Positions 51,790-64,000 of a stretch of 64,000 nt of DNA are shown in pieces. The stretch is from Chiloscyllium plagiosum (lineage: Eukaryota). The stretch lies in NCBI RefSeq assembly GCF_004010195.1, contig NC_057718.1:96642230-96706229 (forward strand), given 5' to 3'. Positions within the stretch are counted from its first letter, which is position 1; each line of letters begins with the position of its first letter. The translations under genes and the position numbers were made by a program. The notes beneath the pieces were generated by a model. The model made no database searches. It was not told the origin of the DNA and saw nothing but the letters and a program-made list of their open reading frames with translations.

Positions 51790-51999
51790 GGGGTCCCAGG
51801 TGGACCTCAAAAATATGAGTTCTCTGATTGGGGCTGTTAACCTGATCCAATCAGGGAGTCCTGGCTGACAGATATAAACAGGAGTGTCAGGTGTTCTGCT
51901 CACTCTAGGAGCTGGCTGTGAGGGAGCTGGGTGGGTGTCACGTACTATGTAAGTATAACTAAATGGTGACGAGGTATCAGCCTTTGTGGAGCTATTTCA
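51790..51999 (+). mobile_element. solo LTR (5'-truncated) with uninterrupted TATA site
   Basis: ctgattgg...ccaatcaggg, gatataaacaggagtgtcag, ends ...gctatttCA. Confidence 0.7.
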
Positions 52000-52371
52000 C
52001 AAGGAGTAGGGGAAATGCCCAGTGGAAGATTCAAATACCCTGCTGATCCTTTCGAGGGCGCTACAATTGGGATTTTGTAGATTCTACGCCTGTCTAGGGT
52101 AATGAATGTCTGGACATCAGAAGATCTGACCACTTGTAATTAATAAACAGCCACTTTGGCTAATACAGAACAAGACGTTTTCCTTACAAATCATATGAAG
52201 AACAGTCGTTCCTGCTAACTACATACTCTACTGTAGTGAAGATATTCATAGAGATCGATACTTGTAGCAGTGATTGTAGAGCCTGGGATGAGTTGATATG
52301 TTTGATAAATTACACTTCACTGCTGTATTTGGGTTTCAAAGCAACAATTTAAATTTTCACACGAGTGCATG

Positions 52372-52391
52372 GTGCTCCACCTAGTGGCGGG
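52372..52391 (-). promoter_or_regulatory. CTCF-like binding motif
   Basis: reverse strand CCGCCACTAGGTGGAGCAC closely matches the CTCF core; lies in non-repetitive DNA. Confidence 0.5.
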
Positions 52392-52759
52392 CATTAGCAG
52401 GCTCGATATTTTCACATCAACCTGTCAATAATTCTATAGCTTACCCATGTTAACGCAGTGATGTTGCACGATATGTATATTCAATTGCGTGCAACCTGGA
52501 CAGGAGTCAGTTCACAGGCGTGGTCTGAGACCTCACTCCTGATCGTTTGTAATCCATCTCTTCAGAGACGACGTGACCCAACTCTGGAACCAGGTGGGAA
52601 TTCAGTTGAGACCTTTTGGCTCACACGTAAGGACACTGCCGTCCTACCCTTAAAGAATGCAGCTTAAAGTAAGTATCATTGTTGAGACTGTGAGTTGAGA
52701 TAGGCCTTGGTTCGTTGAGATGTTTGCATTTGTTGATGCTATTGCTGCAGAAATATACA

Positions 52760-53212
52760 GTGGGAAAAAGTTGCCCCTTAAGTCCTTTTTAAATCTTTCC
52801 CCTCTCACCCTAAACCTATGCCCTCTAGGTTTGGACTTCCCTACCCTGGGAAAAAGACCTTGACTATTTACCCTATCCATGCCCTTCATGATTTTATAAA
52901 CTCCTTATAAGGTCACCCCTCAGCCTCTATCAATCCAGGGAAAACAGCCACAGCCTGTCCAGCCTTTTCCTATAGCTCAAACCCTCTAAACTTGGCAACA
53001 TCCTTGTAAATCTTTTCAGAACCTTTTCAAGCTTAACAGCATCTTTCGTATGGCAGGGAGAGCAGAACTGAACAGAATATTCCAAAAGTGGCCTCACCAA
53101 TGTCACAACATGACCTCCCAACCCCTATACTCAAGGAACTGACCTACAAACGCAAGCATACAAAAGGCCTTCCTCACTACCCTGTCTACCTGTAACTCTG
53201 TTTTCAAGAAAC
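52760..53212 (-). mobile_element. CR1/HER1 ORF2 fragment
   Basis: LVRPLLEYSVQFCSP...MKGMDRVNSQGLFPRVGKSKPRGHRFRVRGERFKKDLRGNFF. Confidence 0.9.
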
Positions 53213-53449
53213 AAGACATGATTCAGAGATGTTTCTCATCAAGGACAGAGGCAGGGAAGGAGGGACAAGGAAGGGGAGAAGAAAGAATAAAAAGAAAGGG
53301 ATGTGATAGCCAGGTGAGTCGGACTGCAAGTGATGATAGTGTGAGGCTCCAGAAGATGACAACAGAACAAATAAAAGAACCCAAGACAGATCTAGAGGAG
53401 CTGTGAAGGTCAGCAGCAGCAGCAGATCCATTATCAGTTTTAAAAAGAA

Positions 53450-53612
53450 GAGATTGCTGGAGAAACTCAGCAGGGGTCTGACAGCATCTGTCGAGAGAGA
53501 AGCAAGAGTTAATCTTTCTGAAGAAGGGTCACTAGACTCGAAAAGTTATCTCTAGTTTCTCTCTCCACAGACATTGTCACACCTGCTGAGTTTGTCCAGA
53601 AATTTCTGTTTT
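53450..53612. mobile_element. Penelope-like inverted repeat, family C
   Basis: CTGAAGAagggtcactagactcGAAAagtt between inverted ctcagcagg / cctgctgag arms. Confidence 0.8.
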
Positions 53613-53804
53613 AAGTAATTCTTTGTTCTATTTATTTATAACTACAAATATGTCCATAAAATGAACCTGTGACAGAGACAGCAGTGAATGCACTAGTTCT
53701 CAGTGTTCGTATAAAGGTTGCTTATTTGTAGTACACAAACTGCTAGGTACTAGGGTAGGTTTTACCTTCTACAGTTAACAGCCACCTTTCTGTAAGACCG
53801 AACC

Positions 53805-54110
53805 CACAACGTTAACTCTGCTTCTCTCTACACAGATGCTGCCAGACCTGCAGAGTTTCTCCAGCCATTTCTTCTCTTTATTTCGGATTACCAGCATCCA
53901 CAGTTCCTTTAACGTGAACTAGATTCCACTGTCTGAGAAAACGGCGGTGGAGATTATGATCTGAAATCATTGAGTCTGGAGGGCTGTACCAAAAGTTGGA
54001 TGGCTGTGCCTGAAGCTTCTATTGAACTTCATTGGAACAGCACTCAGTGACTGAGAGGAAGGTTAGAGTGCTCTCGGGTTGGAGAATTAAAGTGACAAGC
54101 AAGTGAATGC
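53805..54110. mobile_element. family C terminus (+) and decayed PLE body (-)
   Basis: aacgttaactctg...gatgctgccagacctg; attgagtctggagggctgt resembles the coding sequence for LQPSGLN. Confidence 0.6.
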
Positions 54111-54584
54111 TCAGTATCAGGCCTGTTTGCTTTAAGTCTTAATAGAAATCAAAGCCCATTTCCTTAATGCAATAAAAGTAAAAGATTGCCCCCTTGTGAA
54201 TGTTCCACATCTCAGCTCATTCCCAGTCTGTTCCCTCGGTATATTTTATATTACAGGCAGCTGTCATGAAGCAGGGAGTGAATATAGTTTCCAGAGAGAC
54301 AGCAGCAGTATATACACAGATGGAAGAACAATGAGACTGGTTGCTTTTGGGCAGTTCAGAAACCTGACCACCTTGGGCAAGACAAACAATGGTGTACATG
54401 ATAAGTGACAGGACCTCAGGAAGCTCTGAGGATCAGAGAGACCTTGTTGTCCATGCTCTCCAGTCCCTTAGGTTGGCGGGACAGATAAATAAAGTGCTGA
54501 AGAAGGCATTTGGGATACTTGCCTTATTTGTCAAGGCATAGAGTTCAAGAGCTGGGAGTTTATGGTTGAATTGTACAAAACTTC

Positions 54585-55265
54585 AGAACAGAAACAGGAA
54601 TTGCTGAAAAGGCTCAGCAGGTCTGGCAGAATCTGTGAAGACAAATCAGAGTTAACATTTCAGGTCCAGGGTGACCCTTCCTCAGAACTGATGGTAGCGA
54701 GGAAAACATTGGTTTATCTGCAGAAGGTAGGATGGGGCGGGGGGGGGGGGGTAAGGAGTAAATGATAGGCGATTGGGGATAGGGCCCAAAGACAGAGAAG
54801 AACTGTTGGACTGACAAAGGAGTGGTTAACCATCTGACTAGGAGAGTGAATAGCTATTAATGGTGACTGTTGGTGGCTAACAATGTGTTGTGTGTAATGG
54901 CAGACTATGTGACCACAAGTCAATACGTGTGGCGCTGGAAAAGCACAGCAGATCAGGTAGCATCCAAAGAGCAGGTGAGTTGATATTTCGGGCATAAGCT
55001 CTTCATCATGAAGGGCTTATGCCCGAAACATCAACTCTGCTGCTCCTTGGATGCTGCCTGACCTGCTGTGCTTGACCAGCCCCACACGTATCGACCCTGA
55101 CTCTCCAGCATCTGCAGTCCTCACTTTCTCCTAATGTGATCACAAGGCCTGGTGTGTGAGGGCCTGGGGCATAGGAGTGTTCAAGCCCTATAATTATTGA
55201 GCTTGATATTGAGTGCGGTGGGCTGTACGGTCCCCAAGCAGAAAATGGGGTAATGTTCTTCCCAT
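54585..55265 (-). mobile_element. Penelope-like family C element, interrupted by a family A inverted insertion (~54919-55131)
   Basis: family C terminus at 54585-54690; TSD atgtga(c/t)cacaag around the insert; GIY-YIG tail remnant at ~55195-55262. Confidence 0.75.
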
Positions 55266-55447
55266 TGTGCTGATCATTATCCATTCTTTAGTTCACTGAC
55301 TAGGACATACAGCATAGTTGCATTATTGCTTGCTATTACATGTCACAGTGTCTATTAATTTTTGTGACCAAAATTAGCTAACCTGCTAGATTGGGTCCAT
55401 CAATAGAAGACAGGGGAGATTTTCTAACAGTCACTTACACAGCAGCA

Positions 55448-55631
55448 CAGGAAGTCCCCAGGTTACAACCGAATTCCGTTTTTTTCCACTGTTCGTAAGC
55501 CGAATTTGTGTGTAAGTTGGAACAGAAACGGGTTAATTAGTCCACCTGTTCGTTAGGACGAAACATTGTACGTAACTCAGATTTTTAAAAATGAGAAGCC
55601 AGAGGTCAGATGGTAAGTACTGATGTTCCTG
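55448..55631. mobile_element. Tigger/pogo-like MITE remnant
   Basis: left end caggaagtccccaggttacaac...gttcgtaagccgaatttg; right end ...ttcctg followed by TA. Confidence 0.55.
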
Positions 55632-56151
55632 TACATCAATACCATCTAAATGATAATAATTATATTTCTCCCAACTCAAAAGGTTTGATCGCTACTGTTC
55701 TGAAATGTGGCCTCAAGAGACACCTTCCTTCATTAGGATCAATTGTTGACATTAAGAGCAGAAGAACAAGTTTCAAGTTGAATTGGAAGAACAATTAAGC
55801 AGTCAATTACAGTGATTTCCAGTTCTCTCCACGTTCTCAGTTGTCCAAAGAAGCCAGCCAAGCATTTCCAACCAAAGATCCGTGAGACCAGGAGTACCAG
55901 AACACTAATAGACAGGAGAGGTGAGACCTGTGAGTGCTCCATGCCCATGTTGTAACTCAAACCGCCAAAGGAAAAAGGTATTTTTCTTCAAAAATTAATT
56001 AAGCGCTTCTCCATGCACAGATAGTAATCCATCAATTGTAAGTGTGTGAACGCCTTGTGTGAACATTGCATCCAGTAGGTTAGATTAATACTAAATTATG
56101 GGAAACACAAGGTCAATAAGAAATGACACACTCTGGAAAATTCCGCGCTGA

Positions 56152-56503
56152 CCGACACGGTGGCTCAGTGGTTAGCACTGCTGCCTCACAGTGCCAGGGA
56201 CTCAGGCTTGATTCCAGCTTCAGGGGAATGTCTGTGTGGAGTTTGCACATTCTCCCCATGTCTAAGTGGGTTTCCTTGAGGTGCTCTGGTTTCCTCCAAC
56301 AATCCAAAGATGTGCTGGTTAGGTGGATTGGTCAAAGTTAAATTGTCCCATAGTGTTCAGGGATGTGTAGGTTAGGTGCATTAGTCAGGGGTAAATGTAA
56401 AGTAATAGGGTAGGGGAGTGGGTCTGCATGGGATACTCTTTGGAGGGTTGGTGTGGACTTGTTGTGCCAAATGGCCTATTTCTACAATGTAGGGATTCTA
56501 TGA
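56152..56503 (+). mobile_element. full-length HE1-type SINE
   Basis: A box tggctcagtgg at 56161, B-box-like gcttgattcc, central domain, CR1-like tail gggattctatga. Confidence 0.92.
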
Positions 56504-58144
56504 CCCCTCAGGCTATCAAAACCAGTCCAGGAAATTAGGCAGACCAAGTGTTAACCCATAACAAACTTCTATATGATCCCACCTCTGCCGCAGCCAAGAA
56601 TTGGTTTAGGTTCTTTATGAAAAAATCAGAACCCACCACAACAGCAGAGGATATATATACCAGAGGCTCACTACTCCATGGGTAAAGAAAGAAAAATCCT
56701 ATTGCTACTACCGTATAATTCAAACTTAAACCCGCAGGCCAAGCACAATGCATTAAGACCAAAAACAACAAATGCTGGTGATCACAGCTGCTCAGGCAGC
56801 ATCTTTGGAGAAAGAGCAAGCTAACATTTCCAGTCCAGATGCTGTGATCTCCAGCACTTGTTGCTTTCAATACAGCTTCCAGTATCAGCAGTGATATGTG
56901 CCTACAATCCATTAAGGACTGGAATTCTCTCTCAGTCACTTCTGTTGGACAGGACACTGACTAGTGAGACCATCTGTCTCTTACCAGCTCTGAGGGGAAT
57001 GTTTTCTTCAGGAGAGATGTTTTCCCGAGCTGGACCCCTCACAGATTTGGGGTGATTCAGTCTTCTGAAAGCGGAAATGTGCTTAAAGCGGTAAACTCAC
57101 GGTATTCCTCAGAATAATGTTTGCAACATAAGGTGCAGATTTAACCATACGAGCAAAGGCACACAGGAAAAGTAATGGCAAAGAAAAAGTAAATGTTAAA
57201 ACCTGGGATTTAACAGTTAGGTTCAGCTGTGACTGATTCACAGAGAGCTGCTGTCCTATTTCTAACTGCAGCAATTCCATTTCTGATAATAGAACCCAGA
57301 GAATGTGAGGCTCAGCCTCATTTATTAGCATTTGTTAAAATGGGACCAAAGTATGTAGCAATTTACAGAAAGATTATTATGCCGTGGGGTTGGGGAGGGT
57401 GGGTTGTGGAGAAACATTAATCATTTGACCAGTCACCTGCACTTGTCTCAGACAGAGTTAGAGTGGTGTAATTAGCTTGTGAAATACCAGGCACCAGGAA
57501 ATCATGAGAAAATAAAATGCATTTAGCAATAATAAGGAGACCAATCACGTCCATCAGATCAATACATCAAAAAGTGAACAAAGTGCAGCAGTTGGTTAGC
57601 AAGTGGAGTTCTGGTGATAACACAGAACAATTTAACATCTCACTTTACGTTGGTGTGCATGTGAAGGCGTTATAATTTTAATATAGCACTTTACATTTTT
57701 ATTGCAACATTATGCCTTAATTTGTTCTGACTTTCCCGGCATTTGGACCGGTGCTGATTTTCTTTCACTCAGCTGTACAAGGTGGGAGAGGAAACATAGC
57801 TTTCATTAATGTATTATGACTGGGATAAGATTTTAAAAGCATGCTGAAAAGAGAAACACATTGCAAAAACTTTTCATCTTGAACTCATCAGGATAAATGC
57901 AACAATGCCAAATTACAAAAAAAAGTATGCCAATGTATACCACAGGTCAAAAGGATGCTAACTGGTTGGCAAGTCAACTCTGATTGTTCAAGGGATTGCC
58001 ATGGGGAAAGAAATTGAGTATGTAGGCTCTCCAATCTCCTAAATAATGCAAAATAGGCAAGAGATTGAACCCAATCCTTAGGTTTGAAGAGAATAGGGCC
58101 CTGCAATTAGATGTTTGTCACTCACAGCAAGTATAAAGTTAGAT

Positions 58145-58430
58145 TTGATTCCCTACAGTGTGGAAACAGGCCCTTCAGCCCAACAAGTCCACACCGAAGC
58201 GCAACCCACCCAGACCCATTCCCCTACATTTTCCCCTGCCCGTAACACTACAGGCAATTTAGCATGGCCAATTCACCTAACCTGCACAAGTTGGACTGTG
58301 GGAGTAAACCCACGCAGACATGGGGAGAATGTGCAAACTCCACACAGTCAGTCGCCTGAGGTGGGAATTGAACCCAGGTCTCTAGCACTATGAGGCAGCA
58401 GTGCTAACCACTGTGCCACCATGCTGCCCG
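58145..58430 (-). mobile_element. HE1-type SINE
   Basis: reverse strand gggcagcatggtggcacagtggttagcactg...ggttcaattcc. Confidence 0.9.
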
Positions 58431-58766
58431 CAAAACGAACCAAATAACAACTGATTCTTTTAGATTGGTTGTTAATGTACCTATTAACACATTTGGGATT
58501 ATTCAGTCAGTGTTGCTATAACATGGAGTTACTTCCAGCATGGAATGTTTTGCTTTGAGTTTTACAAGAGTTTTTTTTTAAATTATAGTCCATACTCTGC
58601 CCAGAGAGATGTGGTGTTTTTTTGTTGAGGTTTGTCCCAAGCAGGGCATGACACAGGACTCGGTGCTCTATAGTCTGTTCCCTGGGACACACACTAAGAA
58701 ACGCAGAGGACCATCAACTCAGTGAAATGTGCTTTTTGGTCCACCACTGTCTTCCAGTGTAAAGAG

Positions 58767-58964
58767 GAGAAAGTGAGGACTGCAGATGCTGGAGATCAGA
58801 GTTGAGAGTGTGGTGCTGGAAAAGCACAGCAGGTTAGGCAGCTTCCGAGGAGCAGGAGAGTAGACGTTGCATTCCTGATGAAGGGCTTATGCCCGAAATG
58901 TTGATTCTTTTGCTCCTCAGATGCTGCCTGACCTGCTGTGCTTTTTCAGCACCACACTCTCAAC
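58767..58964. mobile_element. Penelope-like inverted-repeat insertion, family A, 14-bp TSD
   Basis: tccagtgtaaagag at 58753-58766 and 58965-58978; plus-strand CTGATGAagggcttatgcccGAAAtgtt. Confidence 0.9.
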
Positions 58965-59496
58965 TCCAGTGTAAAGAGTTGAACAAGACCAAGCAAACTG
59001 GCACATTCCAAGGTGCAGGACCAACCACTGAGAGACGCTCGGGGCAGCCACCACCAAGGCGCAGAGGGGAGGAAGACCACCATCTCAGGTCTTTCTACTG
59101 AAGTATAATGAGGATCTGTTCAGTTATCAGACCCAGTCATTGCCTCAATGTACGTAAATGTAGTCCTGCATGAATAAGAAATGCCTTTGGTTTTGCAACT
59201 GCAGAGAATGTAAACTTCAAATGCTTGTTTTTCTTGATATGCAAAGAAAATACAGAACTGCTTTAGTATCTGTGAATGTTGATAAAGGTATTTTGTGAGT
59301 GAAGTATTTTTTGCAACTTTTAAAAAAACTTGCAAACATCCAAAGGAACATGCTATTTGATTTGAACAGATTCTCACTGAGACATTTGACCTACATATCT
59401 GAAATCTAACCAGCACTGATATTGCTGAATTATGTGGTAGACATAATTTGGGATTGACTGCATCACCTTACTGATGGAGGAAGCCACTTGCGTAAC

Positions 59497-59845
59497 TTTA
59501 TTTTTATTCACTTGTGGGAGTCTGGCTAGCCAGGATTTATTGTTCGTCCCTAGTTGCCTTTGAACTGAGCAGCTTGCTTGGCCATTTCAGAGGGCGATTG
59601 AGTGTCAACCCCATTGCTGTGGGTCTGGAGTCACAGATGGGCCAGACCAGGTAAGGATAGCAGATTTCTCTCCCTGGAGGACATTAGTGAAACAGATGGA
59701 GTTTTTCCGACAATGCATTCACAGTCATCAGTAGGTTTTTAATTCCAGATTATTATTGAATTCAAATTCCACCAGCTGCCCTGAACATTATTTGAATTTC
59801 TGGATTAATAGTCTGACAATAATACCATGAAGCCACTGCCTCCAC
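59497..59845 (-). mobile_element. near full-length tRNA SINE family B
   Basis: reverse-strand head ggaggcagtggcttcatgg, core, and LINE-like tail with A-rich end. Confidence 0.85.
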
Positions 59846-60414
59846 TGCTGGCAATATAAAATGTAGCATTTGCTCAGAGCACAGCAGAGGGACTGCGGGG
59901 AGAGTTCTTTGTGTTGTGAGGAATGGAATTTACCTGAAGGCCATCCATTTGTCCTACTTACAAAATCAATAAAGTCCATCAGGTGCTGGCACACTTCATG
60001 AGTGAAAATTTGCAACATTAATTATTTTACTGTTCTTTATATAAAAGACACTTTAAAATCCACAGATCTACTTTTGTTCATACTGAAGCAAAAAAAACGT
60101 GCTATTGATTTCAGTTGATCCAAGCACCAATGAAACTTTGTAGGGCTTTCTATGGCACATTAACAAAACAATGGCCACATTTTATTCTTTACCAGCTTAT
60201 AACCACTGTGTGCTTAGAATGATACAGCTGGCTGAGCTGAGCTATATTAAAAAAATCAATTTTTCATCAACCTGTTCTCAGATGCTATTATGCACCATTG
60301 GAACGAGTGGGACGTGACCCTAGATCTCTTGGTTATCAAGGTAGAGATGCTACCACAATGTTATAAGAGTCCCAGCTTGATACACTTTGCATGCTCTGCA
60401 CACTGTAGATAAGC

Positions 60415-60490
60415 ACCGTATATACTCGAGTCAAAGTTGAATTTTTTAGACTATTTGAAGGGTTAAGTTTATACAGTCGACCAATAAATG
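60415..60490 (+). mobile_element. Tc2/pogo-like terminal inverted repeat remnant
   Basis: ccgtatatactcgagt resembles Tc2-group termini; no partner end found. Confidence 0.4.
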
Positions 60491-61364
60491 GAAGCTACTT
60501 TGGAGTGGCTGCAATTCATGCTACAGCCCAAAATATCATTATCATTAGTAAAAGCCCAATTGATCGCTAAACAAATAAAGAAAATAAAACACAATGAATT
60601 GCAGTAATTCCACAAATGCGACAGAGGAACTGAGCTCAGCTGAGCTGTACACAAAGGGAGGTTGCCACCTGTCTCTGACTTGATGTGTCTTAAAAGTTTG
60701 TACCAAAATCTTCCATTTCCCTCCATTTTCTGTCATCTACTACGATTTTAGCTTTTCAAACAACATTTTATACTTCTATTTCTGATAAAAATGTCTGAGA
60801 ACAGCCTAGCTGGGCAGGCCATTAAACCCTTTTGCCAGCCCCACGTCATTGCGGAACCAACAAAGGCAGAAAGAAATATCCCTTTCTCAGAGTTGCCATC
60901 AACCGGAGTGAAGGTCTTGTTGCCGCGTAGAGGTCTTCCTTGTCTTTGGCGTCCAGGTATTCCAAAGGCCAGGTAGGTGGTCTGGTCCAAGAGTGGTGGT
61001 CTTGGCCTCAAGTGGCCATCTTTATCAGTGGAGAATTCCGGCCTAATATCCAGCAGCCCAGCGTGGTGGCCTCATCCTGGCTACATCTTCAAGGTATCCC
61101 ATCATTCCTAAGTGGGTTTTCCCCAAGCCCAGGAGCCATTAGCTTAACTGTGATGAACTTTGTCTTAATTTTACTTCTTTTCATTATTATGTATGACCTC
61201 TGTCATTGATGTAGGGTGATTTATAAAACTTTTCACTGTATTTTTCATGTAAAAGTACAATAAATTTCTACTCTACTCCATTCTATTCTCCCTAACCTGA
61301 CAAGCACAAAGTGAACCTAACAGCCCACTGTTCCTGAGAACGCAAATAGTTCACTTCAAGAAAG

Positions 61365-61690
61365 CTTTATTTCATTTGTTCAAGGAATGCAAGTCTTGCT
61401 GATCTGGGTCCAGCATTTATTACACATCCCCAATTGCGCTGAAGAAGGTGATGATGGGCAACTTTCTTGAACCACCGCAGTCCTTGACGTGTAGAGACGC
61501 CTACAGTGCTGTTAGGGAGGGAGTTCCAGGATTTTACTCCAACAACAGCAAAGAAACGGCAAGCTATTTCCAAGTCGGGATAATGAGTGGCTTGGAGGGG
61601 AACCTGGAAGTGATGGTGTTCCCATGTGTCTGCTGCCCTTGTCCTCTTGGTGGTATAGGTTTGGAAGGTGCTGTCAGAGGAACCTATTGC
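61365..61690 (-). mobile_element. L2/CR1-group LINE 3' end, distinct from HER1
   Basis: KSWNSLPNSTVGVSTRQGLRWFKKVAHHHLLQ followed by the tail shared with SINE B. Confidence 0.75.
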
Positions 61691-61799
61691 CAGTCGTGAG
61701 ACTTGAGTCTCTTCATTCACTCTGGCCCAGACAAGTCAATTATGAGATGAATGGAATCCCACCAAAGGACTTCAGTTAGACATCAACGATATCACTAAA

Positions 61800-62272
61800 G
61801 CTGGAGAGGATACAGATGAGATTTACCAGGATGTTGCCGGATATGGAAGGTTTCATTATAAAGGAAGGCTGGATGTGCTGGGACTTTGTTGCTGGAGTGT
61901 AGGAGGTTGAGAGGCAACCTGGTAGAAGTTTATGGAATAATGAGATAGGGTTGATAGCCGCTGTCTTTACCCTAGGGTTTCAAGACTTGGAGGCACATTT
62001 TTAAGGTGAGAGGAGATAAATTTTAAAAAGACTTGAGGGGCAAATCTTTTACGAAGAGGGCGGTTCATGTGTGGCTGAGCTTCCTGAGGAAGTGGTGGTT
62101 GCGGGTACAATTACAATGTTTAAAAGACATTTGGATAAGTTCATGAATAGGAAAGGTTTGGAGGGATATGGGCCAAGTGCAGGCAGGTGGGACTCGCTGA
62201 GTTTGGGATTATGGTCAGCATGGACTGGTTGGACCGAAGGGTCTGTTTCTGTGCTCTATAATTCTATGACTC
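61800..62272 (+). mobile_element. CR1/HER1 3' fragment
   Basis: ELPEEVVVAGTITMFKRHLDKFMNRKGLEGYGP; tail ctatgactct. Confidence 0.9.
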
Positions 62273-63064
62273 TTTCAACATTTATTTGGTTAATTCAGAT
62301 ACAGAAAAATAAAACAGCACCAATGCTCCTATGGACTGTTCAACACTTACAATAAACATTTTGAAATATGAAGTAGGTGGGAATTTATATAATTGCCCCA
62401 AAGGTAACCCAATGCTGACTAGTTTCTTGTCACCCCATGCTGACTGTATTTCCTTGTCACCCAATGTTAACTGTAGTTTTTCTATCACTCTTTATCATTG
62501 ACTGCAGCAACTAGCAATCCAGACTGTGAGAGCCAGTGAATCCTGAACTAAGTTGATTTGTGAATGAAGGAACGGCTACATGTGGGAAATCTCTTTTACA
62601 CACTGAGTGGTTAGGATCTGGAATGCACTGGCTGACAGTGAGGTGGAGGTAAATCCAACTTGGGCCATTAGAGGAGAATTGGACAGTTATCTGATGAGAA
62701 AATATCTGATGAGAAGGGAAAAGACAGGGGAGTGGGTTAAGACAAGTTGCACTGACAGAAAGCCAGCAAGGACCCAAGAGATCGAAGAGAGCGGAAGGTA
62801 TATATTATCTCAGATTTTATGATGAAAACTAATGGATTTGGGAAGTTTAACTCTGTCTCTGTTTCTCCAACGATGCTGCCAGACTTACGGACCAGAGTTT
62901 CTCGCATTTTCTGATTAAACATTAAAAAATATTACTATATTTATGTTTTGTAAGTGCTACTTGGACAATTAAGACTCCAATTTGCCATGCAGAAAGGGTG
63001 AATACCTTTCTGGTAAGATGGGCAGTCTCTATATTACTTAAGGGCTCAAAATACACTACTTGTA

Positions 63065-63368
63065 CCTTTTGCCCAGGGTGGGGGGAGCCCACAACTAGAG
63101 GGCATAGGTTTAGGGTAAGAAGGAAAAGATTTAAAAGAGACCTAAGGGGCAATATTTACACACAGAGGGTGGTACGTGTATGGAATGAGCTGCCAGAGGA
63201 CATGGTGGAAGCTGGTAAAATTACAACATTTAAAAGACATCTGGATGGGTATATGAATAGGAAGGGTTTAGAGGGGTATGAGCCAAGTGCTGGCAAATAG
63301 GACCAGATTAGGTTAGGATATCTGGTCAGCATGGACGCATTGGTCTATTTCCATTCTGCATGACTCTA
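63065..63368 (+). mobile_element. CR1/HER1 3' fragment
   Basis: TRGHRFRVRRKRFKRDLRGNIYTQRVVRVWNELPEDMVEAG. Confidence 0.9.
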
Positions 63369-63504
63369 TCTGAGGCATGCATTCACCTGTGCATACAGAG
63401 ACAAGTGACCTATCCCTGGCCTGTGGCCACCTTGGCAAAGCATTGTCATGCCCAAATTTCTGGACCTGTGTGTTAATGCCTCTTGTGTAAATAGATTTCT
63501 ATAG

Positions 63505-63680
63505 TTAAAAATCACACAACACCAGATTTAGTTCCAACAAGTTTATTTGGAAACACTAGCTTTCAGAGCTCCACAGTGCTCCGAAAGCTAGTGCTTCCAA
63601 ATAAACCTGTTGGACTATAACCTGGTGTTGTGTGATTTTTGATTTTCTCCACCCCAGTCCAATACCAGCTCCTCCAAATC
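63505..63680. mobile_element. Penelope-like inverted repeat, family B
   Basis: arms aaaaatcacacaacaccag / ctggtgttgtgtgattttt; centre ctagctttc...gctccgaaagctag; CUGAUGA deleted. Confidence 0.85.
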
Positions 63681-63809
63681 ATAGAATTCTGTAATACACT
63701 GTGCGGTATGTATATATTATCCAAAATACTCTTACCATTGGTTAAAAGACAGCAGGTGAGCAACATCTCTCTCTTTAGGTCGCTGCTCAGGTTTTGTTAA
63801 AAAACTCTT

Positions 63810-64000
63810 TCACAACGCGGGCTTCACTTGTTAGGTCAGCATCACCCATCCCTGTTGAACATGGTGGTGAGCTGCCTTCTTAAATGGCTGCAGTCTGTCT
63901 GAAGTGTGTCAGTATACACACAGTGCTGTGAGGGAGGGAGTTCCAGGATTTTGACCAGCGTCTCTGACAGAACGCAGATAGATTTCCAAGTCATGATGGT
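63810..64000 (-). mobile_element. L2/CR1-group LINE 3' end
   Basis: tggtggtgagctgccttct...gggagttccaggattttgacc, homologous to 61365-61690. Confidence 0.7.

Noticed and set aside
52294..52357. tgatatgtttgata resembles the 5' part of miR-190
   Set aside because: The match ends after 14 nt and the downstream arm pairs poorly, so there is no credible precursor.
56152..56225. tRNA gene
   Set aside because: The A/B boxes continue into a SINE body and CR1-like tail, so this is a SINE head. The same applies to the other tRNA-like heads.

Overview
This is repeat-dense vertebrate genomic DNA, most likely from a shark (inferred from the repeat families). No host protein-coding exon can be supported, so the window looks intronic or intergenic. 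The recognisable ORF-track hits are decayed retroelement fragments: CR1/HER1-type LINEs, HE1-type tRNA SINEs, a DeuSINE, two further tRNA SINE families, an L2/CR1-group LINE 3' end, a Rex1/Babar RT fragment, solo LTRs and small DNA-transposon remnants. Two systems stand out. (1) About 25-30 short Penelope-like (PLE) terminal fragments fall into three sequence families. Each family consensus encodes a minimal hammerhead ribozyme (CUGANGA, stem II, GAAA, palindromic ACGU/AGCU stem III). Many copies are inverted repeats with 9-19 bp target-site duplications (TSDs), and two families are physically linked to GIY-YIG endonuclease remnants. (2) At 43.5-46.2 kb, LTR sequence is broken at its TATA box by a stack of poly(A)-tailed, hairpin-ended insertions that share one junction motif, suggesting a target-site-specific non-LTR element. 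A 722/737 bp tandem duplication lies on top of this stack. The unique sequence holds enhancer-like blocks, a CTCF-like site and a possible 9-nt microexon. Family names were assigned by eye without a database search, and boundaries of old copies are approximate.
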